Notes under the pieces: generated by a model
Databases searched by the model: none
Seen by the model: the letters and a program-made list of their open reading frames with translations, nothing else
Told to the model about the DNA's origin: nothing
In this document: one piece after another, positions 52,061 through 64,000 of the stretch
How positions within the stretch are numbered: position 1 is the stretch's first letter
Layout of the letters: each line of letters opens with the position of its first letter
Position numbers and translations under genes: made by a program
DNA from: Epiperipatus broadwayi
Lineage: Eukaryota > Animalia > Onychophora
Assembly (NCBI GenBank): GCA_028023455.1
Contig: JAQFVV010000007.1
Span: forward strand, 6,572,001-6,636,000
Length of the DNA stretch: 64,000 nt
Reading direction: 5' to 3'

Positions 52061-54809
52061 CTAATTGTTGGCATTATACATAAAACCAGACAACTGTACC
52101 TAGAAAGCAGACTTCATTTTATTGAACTCCTAGTTAAAGACAGTAAATTATGAAAATAGTAAATATACCCAATTAATGATAAATTATAATGAGAAAAATG
52201 AAAAAAAAAATGTCATAAGTGGATGACAAAAATTATGTGTGGTAAGAGTGAATTAAAAAAAAAAAACAGAAAATAGTTTATTACAAAGAAAGACTTTAGA
52301 TCTTCCCTATTTTGTTTTAAAAAACAAACAAACTGATATTTTAAAATAATGTCTTTTAAATTCAATAAAATATTATGTCTCTGTCACATGATTCCAGTTT
52401 ACACATTGCTATTTCAGCAAGTCTTTTTCTTTCACAATAGATGTCAGATGATAATGCTTACTAAATCCCTAGACTAACCTGAGAAGAAGAGCCTTGCACA
52501 GTGATTTATTACATATCAGGCATCTATTAATTACTAAAGCTTACAATAGGTGGCATAGGTGTGGTGAAAAAAATCAGCATTATTATCTCGTGATGTGACT
52601 AAAATAAATAAATATGGGACATCACAAAATTAAAAAAAAACAGATTCCTTTAATGTGTAATTTTTTCAGAGTAGCTTTTATTATTTATTGTTCTAGTTAA
52701 AAATGTTATGAATAATTACGATATATAAATATCATGAAAACAGCCTATTATATTATCGGGAACCATATTAACATTGCAATTGCATAAAGCGTTTTCAACA
52801 CCTTCAAGTTTTGCAGTTAAGAGCTTTCAAACAGATTTAGAAAGATTTTCTACCATATTAAAATACAAGAATAAGAATAATATATGAAACTTGGATAATA
52901 AAAGTTGAAGTATATTTTGGTAAATAATATCCGAGATAATCACTCAAATTTTAAGAGTAAACAAGTCACATTGCGCAACGAGTGGTTTATATACGTAAAA
53001 TATTCTAATTTGCTTCAAAATGGTTAATAATATTTCCAATACATACACACACACACACACAGAAAAGACGTTTGAACTCATAGTTTTCATTCTCTAGATT
53101 TAATAACGCAGACGCATAGGAATAATATATTATTTTTTTGCCTACACTGCATATACTCTCCTTTTTTTTCTTTTCTATATAGTAGATATAAATGATTTAA
53201 ACACTCATTCAGGGGAAAAAAATCCACTTTCATTTCCAAAGAAATGCAAACATTTTTGATCCCGGTTAGTTGTAAAGGGCATTTCATCAGTTCTTGTTCT
53301 ACGATTAGAATTTATTTGATGATATTCAATTTCACATTCTGATTAGAAGTTGTCACAATCCTATTATCATGAAGAGCCGGTATAAATCTTTTCCTCAGAC
53401 AGTTTCCATCTCCGGAGTAGAAATCTATGGATCATAAAATATATGGGTCAAATTGCCCCAACACGTAGTTTAAAATTTCCTCTTGAATAATAGTAAATAA
53501 AACTGCCAAAGAAAATTGTTCCTGCATTTTTTCAGCCTGCTGTTATCTTTAACTTTTCGCAGAACAGCGGGCCGTAAGGACAGAGAAAATCTCGCATTTG
53601 AAATTCATTAGTAAAAATCTAAATGTCAAATTTCTGCTTTATTTAAATATATATGTTATAAGATGAATAATTGAAATATATTGTTAGACGTTAAAAAACA
53701 ATAAAGTTCAAATTTATTTTAATAGATTTCTGTGAGTTTCTTCTATTGTTAAATAATAAATCATTATATGGTTTGTGATATCGAGCACCAAAGCGACAGA
53801 TTGAACTACGAATCGATTCAGGTCTTTAAACCTCTGAGTCCACCACCTTGATACTAAGCCAGAATACCGATATTAATATTCAGTTCAGATTTCTCTATCA
53901 ACCCACGGTTGTTATTTTTTTTAGCAAAAGGATAATTTACTATTTTTCAGATTAAATGCACAAATTGGGAGATAAGTTTAACAATAGCATAAACCTTTAT
54001 TCGACTTTTTATGAAAAAAACAATTGATTATGCTCTATTTAGTAGTCATATTAAATTAAGATTAACCAAACATAAGCAAAAAGTATTCTAACCCGTAAAT
54101 TAAAATATATATTCATAAACGCATACATGACATCTTATGTGTTGTAATAAGTTATTAGAGGTAAACAATATAATATATATGTAGAAACAAAAATTTTAAA
54201 ATGCCACCCAACATTAAAGTCTTTGAAGCTATCAAGATTTATACAGAAACAAAGTTCAGCCAACACTTCTGCTTTGGGAATATTAAGTTAAGCTTATTGT
54301 AATGTTTTCTTTACACCTATAATGAGTAAAATTTCATTGTTGCAGTTAGCAACATAAATTTTCTTACTGACATCAGACATAGGAGTTTGTCCAAGATTTC
54401 AATATTGTTTATATGGCAATCAGAAACATTTTCCCAAACACTTTTACAATATTTGTAATAAAAGTTATAAAAAAGCTGCATAGATAAACAAATAAAAAAT
54501 CTTTTGATCTCTCTTTAAAAGAAATGAATTTTAATGTTCAACCGATATACACAAGCCAATATGGCAACATAACTAATAGACCTTAACTACAACATCAGTT
54601 GAGGTTTTTGAAAATAGGATAAAAAGATGCATATAGTATATAGAAGCACTTTAAAATGCTGGTTGAAGAAGCTGTTAATGCCAAACAATCAAAATGAGTT
54701 AATCCAGGCTAAGCGCTTTTGAGGTATTATCCCTCATAATCATAGCCAAAATAGTAATAGTTGTTGTGATAGTATGTAAATATTAATTCTCTGTCATATT
54801 TACAATCAT

Positions 54810-54950
54810 GACAGACCTAAGTAAATGATGGCCCTCATCTCATCCCTAAAAACTGTAAAGACAACAGTTGTGGAACCAAGACAGACCCTAACAAATGATG
54901 GCCCTCATCTCATCCCTAAAACTGTAAAGGCAACAGTTGTGTAATCAAGG
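54810..54950. repeat. Tandem duplication, 70-bp unit x2
   Basis: gacagacctaagtaaatgatggccctcatctcatccctaaaaactgtaaagacaacagttgtg starts at 54810 and again at 54880. Confidence 0.9.
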
Positions 54951-56274
54951 CAGAGGGTGCTAATAATCATGATTGCATATTATGATGACATTTTAATTAA
55001 TTACCTGCACTAAAGACTACTCTTAAACAGAGGAAAATCTCAAGAATTATTTAAGATTAAATAAGATGTTTTGAATTTTGTAAAAAAAAACCAAGGTGAA
55101 CAAAAATTGGCTTGAAAAGTTCACATGTACTTCAACTCAAAGGCACAGATATTGAAGCATAAGTGAGTAAAATTTATTATAAATAAAAAATGAAAGAATT
55201 GCATTATGAAGATGGATGTTATTTCAGATAAAGTGATGAATTTAGTTATTTAACATAATGGGAAATTCAAAAGACAAATAATTCAGATTTATAACAAATA
55301 CATTTTCATTCTGATGAAGTAGGAGATTTTAATTGAGATATACAAAAATATTTTATTCTAATCATGTGACATTTTTGAATTGTCAAGAGAAATTTTAAAA
55401 TTAAAACTGAAAAACAACTGAAATATGAAAATACTGTGAATAAATACAGATATGAAGACAAAAATAGAAAAGCAAATAGAATTATGAAATTTGTGAAAAT
55501 AGATGTGGCATTCAAATGAAGATACAGCTGTTGGAATATATTTTAAATAACAGAAAATATATTTTAAGACTGTTAATCGAGTCTCCTTAGAAAATGATCA
55601 TTGAATACTAAGATACAATATAGATATTAGAGGACAAAACAAAAACTATTAAAAGAAACACTATCAGTGATTGATAAATAAAAGGAATAATCAAATAGTT
55701 AGGAAGTTCAAACACTTACACAGAGGCTAAACTCTTCATACAGTAGTGCCACCCAGTGTAAGCCAGAGTAAAAAATGGTGATCATGTGAAGTTAAGTTCA
55801 AGCACTAGTAGTGTTTCAGAATAGGGTTGGCCCAAGTACCTTAGGCTTCAAAATCTGACACTATCATTACATCAAACCATCCAGGGAATTCCTAGATTTC
55901 AGAAATATTCAAATAAATTTATATCAATCATTTTAAAATATGTATGAAAGCTCAGATTTGACTGAGACTAGTAAGAAGACATTGATTCTGTATTAAATTC
56001 AGCTTCTTAGATGGCACATATTACAAAATGGAGCAATTTGACAGTACATTTTTAACTCTGACAAGGCAATATATGAAGAAAAAATTATTTTCTTAGAAAA
56101 AAATGAATATCTGGAATTTTGTAAAATGATATAAAAGAAAGTAAATGATGATACATAAAAATATATAACTATGAATTGGAAAAAAAAAGGCTATAGAAAA
56201 AAATAAAAACTATAAAGAATAAACCACTAAACATCACATGATTACCTCCTCTTATGCTAGCACATAACTGTTAG

Positions 56275-56817
56275 TTATTAACAGGCAAAACTCTCCATAC
56301 AGTAGTGCCACCCTGTGCCAGTCAGAGTAATCAATGGATTCCAGAAGGCTTGTGCATAAAATTTCTATCTACTCATCCAATATCCCTAGACTAGTTTCTG
56401 GATTATGGCCTTCGTCAGTGAGAAGCCTTAGATCTGAGAGCATTGCACCTAGATATTAGGATCTAATGCAACCCTCCAGCAGCCACTTTTTATCTCTACT
56501 TAACTACAAAACTATATAAGCTATTGAGCTTAGATTGAAAATATTATTGTGTTTTCAATTTCATTCTCATAGCTTTGTAGTTAAGTAGAGATAAAAGGTG
56601 GCTGCTGGAGGGTTGCATTAGATCCTAAGATCTAGGTGCAGTGCTCTCAGATACAAGGCTCCTCACTGACAAAGGCCACAAGCCAGAAACTAGTCTGGGG
56701 ATATTGGATGAGTAGGCACTAGATGGGGATTTTATGCACAAGCTTTCTGTCATCCATTGATTACTCTGGTTGCCACAGGGTGGCACTACTATATGGAGAG
56801 TTTTGTCTGTTTAATAA
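56275..56817. mobile_element. Best-preserved family A foldback (arms about 250 bp, two HHR motifs)
   Basis: Near-complete inverted repeat. Plus HHR 56660-56701 tcctca ctgacaa aggc cacaa gcca GAAA ctag tc tgggga; minus HHR core ctgacga at 56412-56418. Confidence 0.92.
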
Positions 56818-56959
56818 TTCTCAAGGATAATTGAGCATTTTGATATAACAATAAGGAGGCAATTATTATTAAAAAATGATGACATTATGAAGAGTCAATT
56901 TTGTAACTAATTATATATTAATATAAAATAAGAAAACAAACTAGCCCTCTACAATTACA

Positions 56960-58265
56960 ATATCCTATGAATTGCTAATGAAGTAAAATATAAAATTAAA
57001 TCTATGCAGCTTGGAAAAACTTTAAAAAATGATGCAATTATTATTATACAGTTAAAAAAAAGCAAATAAAACAATTTAGAAATTGTTGATAGAACTCGAT
57101 ATTAAATGCCTAAATAACAAAGATATATCAAATGTTTAGAAAACTGTAGTAGAGAAATTAATATTTAAAAAGATAATATTAGAACTTAGAATTATATTTA
57201 TATCAGTTCTATATAAAATCTTTATTAAGATCATATACACAATACTTTGGCCTAAAACTAACAAAAAAAAATCCCCAACAAACTGGATTTAATAGTCTTT
57301 TTATTTCAGAAGATTGTGCTCAAATATTAAATGAAGTTACAAATAAAAACAATAAATATGAGCTGCCATTATGTATTGGATTTGTAGATTACAAGAAGGC
57401 ATTGGATGTATAAGAAGATACAATCCCAGATTATTCATACTCTAAAGAATATTTATAACAACAGTTATTAGGTTACATGTGATACTAAGAAGATGAACAT
57501 TGAGAAGAGTATACAACAATCTGATTATGATATATTTCCCCCCAAAAATTATAGCTGTTTTACATGAAGTAAATTGTGAATTAAAATAAAAAGTTAATGA
57601 ACTAAAAATATGTGGAAATTATTTAACTCTTCTCGAGTTTGCAGATAATGAGTGGTTTTTGCAAATAAACCACCATAACTTCAAGAAGCATTATGAGTTA
57701 ATGGGCAATGATTTTTCAGATAATTAAAAGAAAAACTACAAATACATTTGGTTAAATTACTAATGCAGATACAAAATAATTAATAAAATTTAATTATAGA
57801 ATTAGACTTAGATGGAATACTTTTGGTAGAAACTATTTTAATATCAAAATGTAATACAATATAAAAAGAATTTTTAAAAAAGTAGATGTATTTTATCAGT
57901 TCTTGAAAATGGATATGAGACTTGACTGCTTAATAAAAAACAGAGACTTCAGTTGATGCAATGAAATATGGAAAGATGTATGGAGAAAGTAGTAATGAGA
58001 AATCAAAAACAAAATACATGGATAAGAAAATGTGCCTCTGACATTACTGAATAATTTAGAGGCTAAAATGGAACTGGAGAAAAAAGGATAATGGATGGTT
58101 TTAAACTTATCCCCAAAGAATGTAAATGACTACTAAAGAAACTTTTGTGTAAGATGAATAGATGGCATAAGAAAATTTGCTGGAAAGTTAAAGAAGAAAA
58201 GCTGTGGGTAAAAAAAAGACACAAAAACAATGAATTTTGAAAAAGCTTTACTCTTCAACATAATG
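56960..58265 (+). mobile_element. Decayed RTE LINE RT and C-terminal region
   Basis: ELPLCIGFVDYKKA, LEFADN (cf. LRFADD), GWNTFGR, and a Q*NMERCM-like segment. Confidence 0.75.
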
Positions 58266-58962
58266 ATAATAGTCGAAAATAGTGAGTTATAAGAAAAAAA
58301 ACTGTAAATAAGTTTGAAAAGATGTTCACACCAGTCATTATGTGTAAAACGTTTTTTTTATTATACTAGCCGTAATAAAAAATGTATTATGCATTATGAT
58401 TGGAGCAGACATCTCTTCATTTTCCATTTAATTCAAGGGCTGAGTTAACTTAATTTATTATATATTTTGATGTTATATTTTTTAATTAGTTTTAAATGAT
58501 ATTTTAATTTAAATCTTTGATTCTGTCTTGATTAGTATATAGCCATATTGGAATAGGCTAGCTAATAAAAGTGATTGTGGCACACTGAATATTTTAGCTT
58601 TAACACCAACTGGACGCCATTACAGTATTCATATAATGTGTAGTTGTTATATTTGGGTGGTTTGTTGACAATGCTTTATGGCTACCAAAGGAAATTATTC
58701 TGCACATGCGTATACAATGCAGAGCAATTTGACATTTTTTTCATGGAATTTGACAGGCATGCATAATGGCATCCAATTTAAGGTCTTCACCTATTTATTA
58801 CATAAGAAAAAAAATTATAATTAATAATTAAGAGCAAATATTTTTTTAATTGGCAGCCATAATACATAGAGTTATTTTAATATTTACAAATTACCTTCTA
58901 GATAAAAACATATACAATAGACTCTTGATTATCCAAATGTCAATCCCCCAAAACATTGTTTT

Positions 58963-59052
58963 CTTTTTAGTGTCAAAGCGTCAGCCGGGAAGCGAACCCC
59001 GGGACAACTGTTTATAAGGCAGCTGTGCTAACCACTCGGCCATCAACGCTTG
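58963..59052 (-). mobile_element. tRNA-Gly-derived short retroposon (tRNA-like body 58977-59049) with 10-bp TSD
   Basis: GCGTTGATGGCCGAGTGGTTAGCACAGCTGCCTTATAAACAGTTGTCCCGGGGTTCGCTTCCCGGCTGACGCT closely resembles the metazoan tRNA-Gly(TCC) scaffold, but the anticodon position reads TAT. TSD acattgtttt at 58953-58962 and 59053-59062. Confidence 0.8.
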
Positions 59053-59436
59053 ACATTGTTTTTATAAACTTTCATCGCCTTTCTCACACACAAAAAAAAT
59101 TACACCACCCATGTTTTGCTAAAATACTTCTGCATTTTAATCTTTTGTTTTTCTGTTTATGCAAAAAAAAAAAAAAAAGGGGTGATTTATAATTGAAACA
59201 AGTATATAACTTCAAAACAAATGTACTATATACTTTTTTTTAAACAAAAAACAACAACATTTAATTATCATTTATAAACTGTTTTGAAAATCAATTATTT
59301 TTTTCATAGTCAAACTTTGTTTAATAAAAACTGTGTACCTCATGCATATTTTATCCAAATTATTAAATTAACTCAACTAGTCTTGGTTCACAACACTTTA
59401 TGTAATTGACATTTTAATGTTGTAACTATAATAATA

Positions 59437-59550
59437 GTCTTGCGTTGTTAGCCGAGAGGTATCGCAGCCGCCATGCAAGTTAGTAGTTGGTTGCTGACGG
59501 TTGTGGGTTCGCGTCCCGGCCGATGCTATGACACATGGAAAAAAAAAAAA
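59437..59550 (+). mobile_element. tRNA-Gly-derived short retroposon (tRNA-like body 59442-59527) with A-tail and 13-bp TSD
   Basis: Same scaffold with an insertion of about 18 nt after the anticodon loop. TSD aactataataata at 59424-59436 and 59551-59563. Confidence 0.8.
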
Positions 59551-59639
59551 AACTATAATAATAACCTCAATTTACTCAATTCTTTATTTTAGCACAATAT
59601 GTGATAAAATAAAGTGGTTCTCTATTCTAGCGCCAACTA

Positions 59640-59932
59640 TAGTAAAGATGAGTAATCAGATTTTAATCTCAATCCTCTTTGATAAAGATAAAAAGCCGGA
59701 AACTGACAGACGAATGGTTTTTATGTTGGATTTGGGAAAAGATAAAGGAAATTTAGATATGAAGGCCATAGAGTTGATAAAGATTATGTTGTGGAAATGG
59801 AATGGAGCAGAATATGGGAAAACTTAGACTGGGGAATGTAAAATAGAGTAGCTAACAGGTTTCTCTGGGTATAATTGCTGAGAGATTCTTGACTTCGTTT
59901 AAGGAGAAGCTACAGTACATCACATCACCACA
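59640..59932 (+). mobile_element. 5'-truncated relative of the 29-33.7 kb LINE (3' end with CATCA tail)
   Basis: aatttagatatgaaggccatagagttgataaagattatgttgtggaaatgg aligns to 33520-33575; ends catcacatcacca. Confidence 0.8.
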
Positions 59933-60324
59933 TCTTTTACCAGATTCCTAATCATTACAAAATTTTCTTTTAAATAACCAGTCCATGACTGACATTAGAG
60001 CTAGGGTACCAAAATAAATGCTTTCTTTTAAAAATATATACAGTATATATATTACTTGATAAAAACAGATAATTATATAATTTTTATATTTAATTTCTTT
60101 ATCTGCGTAAGTTGTTGGCATGTATGTATGGATGTGTTGATTCTGAATATGCGCGGTAGTTGATATTGAAATAAGTGATAGAAAATATTCTTTTTGTCAG
60201 TCTTATGGCAATTATTTTTCGTGGTCTGCGAAAAATATTTCTTGATTTGATAATAATCATTAAAGTTATTTTTATTGAGTTTTATTATTATTTTCAGTAA
60301 ATAAAAAACTAATTCTAATAATTT

Positions 60325-60722
60325 CACCATCATCGGTAACCATTATCAAGTCGCTGCAGGATGAAGTTCTGTCCAAGTTCAATCCATCTTCTACAATCTT
60401 TAGCCTCTCTTCTCTACAACATTCCTGCACACTTTCTGGTTTCATCCATCCATTTCACATGTGTTCACTTTCTGGGTGTTTTACAATATCTTGGAATCCA
60501 GTTTAAGATTTCAATTGTCCATCTATTCTAGCAAAATGTCCAACCCAACTTTTCAATCTTTTAATTCTTTCAATGGTGTCAGTAACATCTGTTTGTTCTC
60601 TTACCTATGTATTACATTTTTGATCTCTGCTTATCTCCATACTTCTTTGAGTGGTCTGAAGTCTCTATATTGCTCTTCTATTAAATGTCCAAATCTCAGA
60701 TCCATAAGTAAGAACCAAGTTT
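60325..60722 (-). mobile_element. RTE LINE 3' end
   Basis: High similarity to 27990-28285. Confidence 0.88.
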
Positions 60723-60789
60723 AATTCTATGATTAATTTTTTTCTTCTAATAGATATATACAATCTAATAATTTATATATACTAAAATG

Positions 60790-60985
60790 GATATATGAAT
60801 TTTTTCCATAGTACAGGCTTTTTCATACCTGCACTTATATATGTAATATATAGGGGGTTTGAACTCAGACTTTCACATGACCCTCAATCATCCATACTAT
60901 CTCATACCGTTGATACACTTTGATCACCCACACGTCGAAAAGATAATGTGTGTGATCAAGTCTGAATTCAAACCCTCTATATATT
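60790..60985 (-). mobile_element. Family B 3' fragment with a short inverted piece at its 5' junction
   Basis: The minus arm stops about 10 nt downstream of the predicted cleavage site. It is followed by plus-strand gtgtgtgatcaagt-ctgaattcaaaccc. Confidence 0.75.
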
Positions 60986-61429
60986 AAATGGATATATGTA
61001 AATCTTGTGGAAGGAAATTGGATATATTACATTTACACGCATATTATATTGTAAAGTTTCAAAAAGACGTGAATAAAAAAGAAAAAAATGGGGTTTTGAA
61101 TTTTGGAAGCAAAGAACTCGTGTAAAAAACGAAAGTAAAAGGTGTATGAAGTACTACAGTTTTTTAAAATAAAAAAATCTGATTTAATTTCTATAAAGTA
61201 ATTGAGACTTCGGTAGCAACAAAAGCAAGAATTTTTTTTTTTTTGTAATATTTTGCGACAATATTTTTTTCTTTATATTTGCATATAATATAAAAATGTT
61301 ATTAGCATAGAAATAATTAATTTGCTTGTAATTATTTATCAATAAAAAAATTAAGGAGATATTAATTTCTACATATATTTAAATCTTATATAAAGAGGTG
61401 CAATTTTGTTGCCTATCCCGGAAAGCCAA

Positions 61430-61495
61430 AAAATGTCACGTCAGCTTTGGCTGACATAATTCACAATTTAATATTGGTCAGCCAATGGATAACTA
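61430..61495 (+). promoter_or_regulatory. Possible promoter motifs (CRE-like tcacgtca, CCAAT)
   Basis: tgtcacgtcagc and agccaatgg lie in a locally CpG-retaining stretch. No downstream gene could be established. Confidence 0.2.
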
Positions 61496-62520
61496 CTTAG
61501 CCTTAATCAAAGACAACGGTGGACAAAACCTGCATTATAATAAGCCTTATGAGCAACAGCTTATTCTTCACTTTTCTATAAAAAGCTGTGAGAAAAAAGC
61601 AAGCTATTTTAAAGTTGTTTTACTATTAGCTATATATATATAATTCATCTCTAAACGGTTATATCTATTGTTCAAATATTAAAATTTTCCATCAAAGCAA
61701 ATTATTAAACTTTAAATCCATCCTGTAAGGGTTAGTTTCTTGTAGCGAAAAGTCAAAAAAAAAAAAAAAATTCAAATAATAGCAAAACATAAAAAAATCT
61801 ATTATTGGTAAAAAAAAAAACTAAGGGTAGAGAGAAAGAGAGAAACAGTCACAGTATGGGATTTAACTTTTTTTTTTTTTTAGATAATGGAAGCCACAAT
61901 TCAAAACAATGATGAAGACATACTGGTTTAGAAAATTGAATAATACATCTCATCATTCAACTTGGAAATTTGTTAAGAGAAATATACTCATGAAAAGTGA
62001 TGGAAGTTAAGACCATAACCCTTTATAGAGCACAGTATAATTATTGTCCGTGCTCACGATTTTATATAAATAATATATAAGGCACTGAAAGTTTCATAAT
62101 GTAAAATTTTTTAAATGCTATGAAATGTGAAGATTTCAGCTCTAATTATCATCTACAATACATTTTTTTATTACAACTGTCATACTACACACACAAAAAA
62201 CGGACAAATTGTCTGCAGGAGCCATGCATTTCAGGAATAACTTATTTTATCAGCTGTCTTGAAGCTCTGCCAACTATCCATATCAATGTGACAGCTGTAT
62301 GACAACTTTAATATTATAATGACAACCAACTTAGTATCAAAACATAAATTCAAGTTCTATATCAATATATTTTGACTTATAGTACTCTTCATTATTGACA
62401 TATTGTTGTTTCTCACCACAATACTTGTGCATATGACATTACTCACTCTACCATATGACATTTATATTTACCTGAACATATATTGTCTATATGCAGGTAA
62501 TACTTGAGACAATATATTTA

Positions 62521-63638
62521 TAAGGTGAACCAGAAAGTAATCAATTTTTTTAAAGTACATTTTAAATATAAATTTTATTAAAGAAACAACATTATTCAAT
62601 AAAAAAGTTTTTTCTTTGAAGTCAAAAAATGATATTAAACTCCTTTGTACATCACCTTGCTAAGGGAAAGTTGTATTTCTTATGCTGTGTTCTAAGGACC
62701 TGAATTAAAGGACAATATCTAGCAAATATGGAAGATGTGCTTTACATTCTAACTGCTTAATTTTTCTTGAATCATTCTTGCAGAATATGGTTTTGAATTT
62801 TTTTGCTGCAATATTACCTCTTTTTGACTGACAAGTACAGGACATTTAATTAATAATGCTTGATATAGTCTCTCTAACTGTTCACAATAGATAGCTGCTG
62901 TGATAGTCTTACCTCATTTCATGAGTTCATAATTTCTTAAATATCCACCAAATGCACAACAAAAACTTTTGTGGATGAAGTCCATTTTTAGGTATTGGAA
63001 CTGGAGTTTAATTTGGAGAAACCCATTCTTTTTTGCATTTAATATTTTTATAGAGCATCCATTTTTTATCACCAGTCACAATTCATTCCAAAAAGGGGTA
63101 GTTTTGTTGTCTTATCAACAATAAATTGCAAATCATCTATTTCTGTGCTTTACTGTTGTCTGACAGTTCATGTGGTACCCATACCCCTGTTTATGAACTG
63201 CTAATTCTTATATGATTTGTTTTGGATCTGATTCAACAAGGGTCTTAAGAACATTGTCATTTAGAGTAAGAAGCCCTTCAGATTAAGGACAATCAGAGAG
63301 ATCAATTTTCTTTACTGCAAATCTCCTAAACCACCATTGACATTTGTTGATCTTCAATACATCTCCATAAGTTGAGCAAATGATTTTGGTAGCCTCGTTG
63401 GCATTTTTTTTTTGTGAAACAAAAACAGCATACAATGACGTAAATACTGCTTTTCAACTGTAAAGTCCAACCTATTAAATAAAATAATCTAAAATTTAAA
63501 AAAAAAACATACTTTTTAAATAAAAAATGAATTCTACTATTTAAATAAAAGTCCCATTTAATAATTTATGGTTCATTTGAATTAAAACAATCGGGTAAAA
63601 ATGAACTATTAAAAATAATTACTTTCCAGTCTACCTTA
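62521..63638 (-). mobile_element. Decayed mariner transposon with TA TSD
   Basis: TIRs ta|taaggtgaaccagaaagtaat and attactttccagtctacctta|ta. Minus strand YLRHCMLFLF...WWFRRF, GVWVPHELS, IVTGDKKWMLY, PKNGLHPQK. Confidence 0.92.
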
Positions 63639-64000
63639 TACTTTTAATCTAAGTGCTATTTAGTTGTTAATCAATACAGTACTATTTATCTTCAGAATGA
63701 AGGGCAACATGGTACAATGTTAGACATCCATTCGTAATAATTGTAGCCTGTATTGAATCTGGGCTGAAAAACTTGAAAAAGCAAGTCTAAGGTTTTTCTT
63801 TCATGTAGACAAATCTAGCACTCTTAGCTAACATTTCAACACTGATTATTAAATGGGTATTAGCTATTTTTAGCTAGGGATAGGACTATTTAAAGATTCT
63901 ATCTCTTATTGCTTTTATTATGTGAAAAGGCTTGACTTACCTAGTAAGCTTTGTAGAAAATTTTGAATACAATTGTAATCTTGCACCAACCATAAAGATT

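Noticed and set aside
53265-53400. Two minus-strand CUGANGA motifs
   Set aside because: Stems I and III cannot be closed in register and GAAA is absent; likely chance.
58977-59527. Functional tRNA-Ile(TAT) or tRNA-Ala(TGC) genes
   Set aside because: Gly-type scaffold, mismatched stems, altered T-loop, A-tails and TSDs indicate retroposed copies.
59501-59827. 108-aa ORF
   Set aside because: A chance fusion of the tRNA-like retroposon tail, unique DNA and a LINE 3' fragment.
61870-62010. Poly-T acceptor followed by ATG (MEATIQNNDEDILV*)
   Set aside because: Stops after 14 codons, weak donor, and no supporting exons.

Overview
Very AT-rich, CpG-poor eukaryotic DNA, probably an arthropod (inferred from composition and TE content; not verifiable here). 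No host protein-coding gene can be supported, and the ORF track is almost entirely TE debris or noise. Decayed mobile elements dominate: several RTE-clade LINE relics, a near full-length LINE with PHD + SGNH-esterase ORF1 (about 29.0-33.7 kb), Penelope-like (PLE) RT/GIY-YIG relics, a Tigger/pogo element, a mariner, MITE-like TIR elements, tRNA-derived short retroposons and microsatellites. The main unexplained signal is a dense set of hammerhead-ribozyme (HHR) motifs in non-coding repeats. Family A is a roughly 270-bp arm that usually occurs as head-to-head foldback pairs, with a minimal type I HHR-like motif per arm (CUGAUGA...GAAA-CUAG-UC, stem I UCCUCA/UGGGGA). Family B is a roughly 350-bp SINE/retrozyme-like repeat with a type I HHR that has a bulged stem I and a downstream B-box-like segment. 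Several other unrelated foldbacks carry outward-facing HHR-like motifs in their arms, and a head-to-head pair of PLE GIY-YIG relics shows the same geometry. Together they suggest (inference) a set of ribozyme-bearing non-autonomous elements mobilised by PLE machinery. All sequences were read by eye: coordinates of decayed elements are approximate and no activity has been demonstrated.
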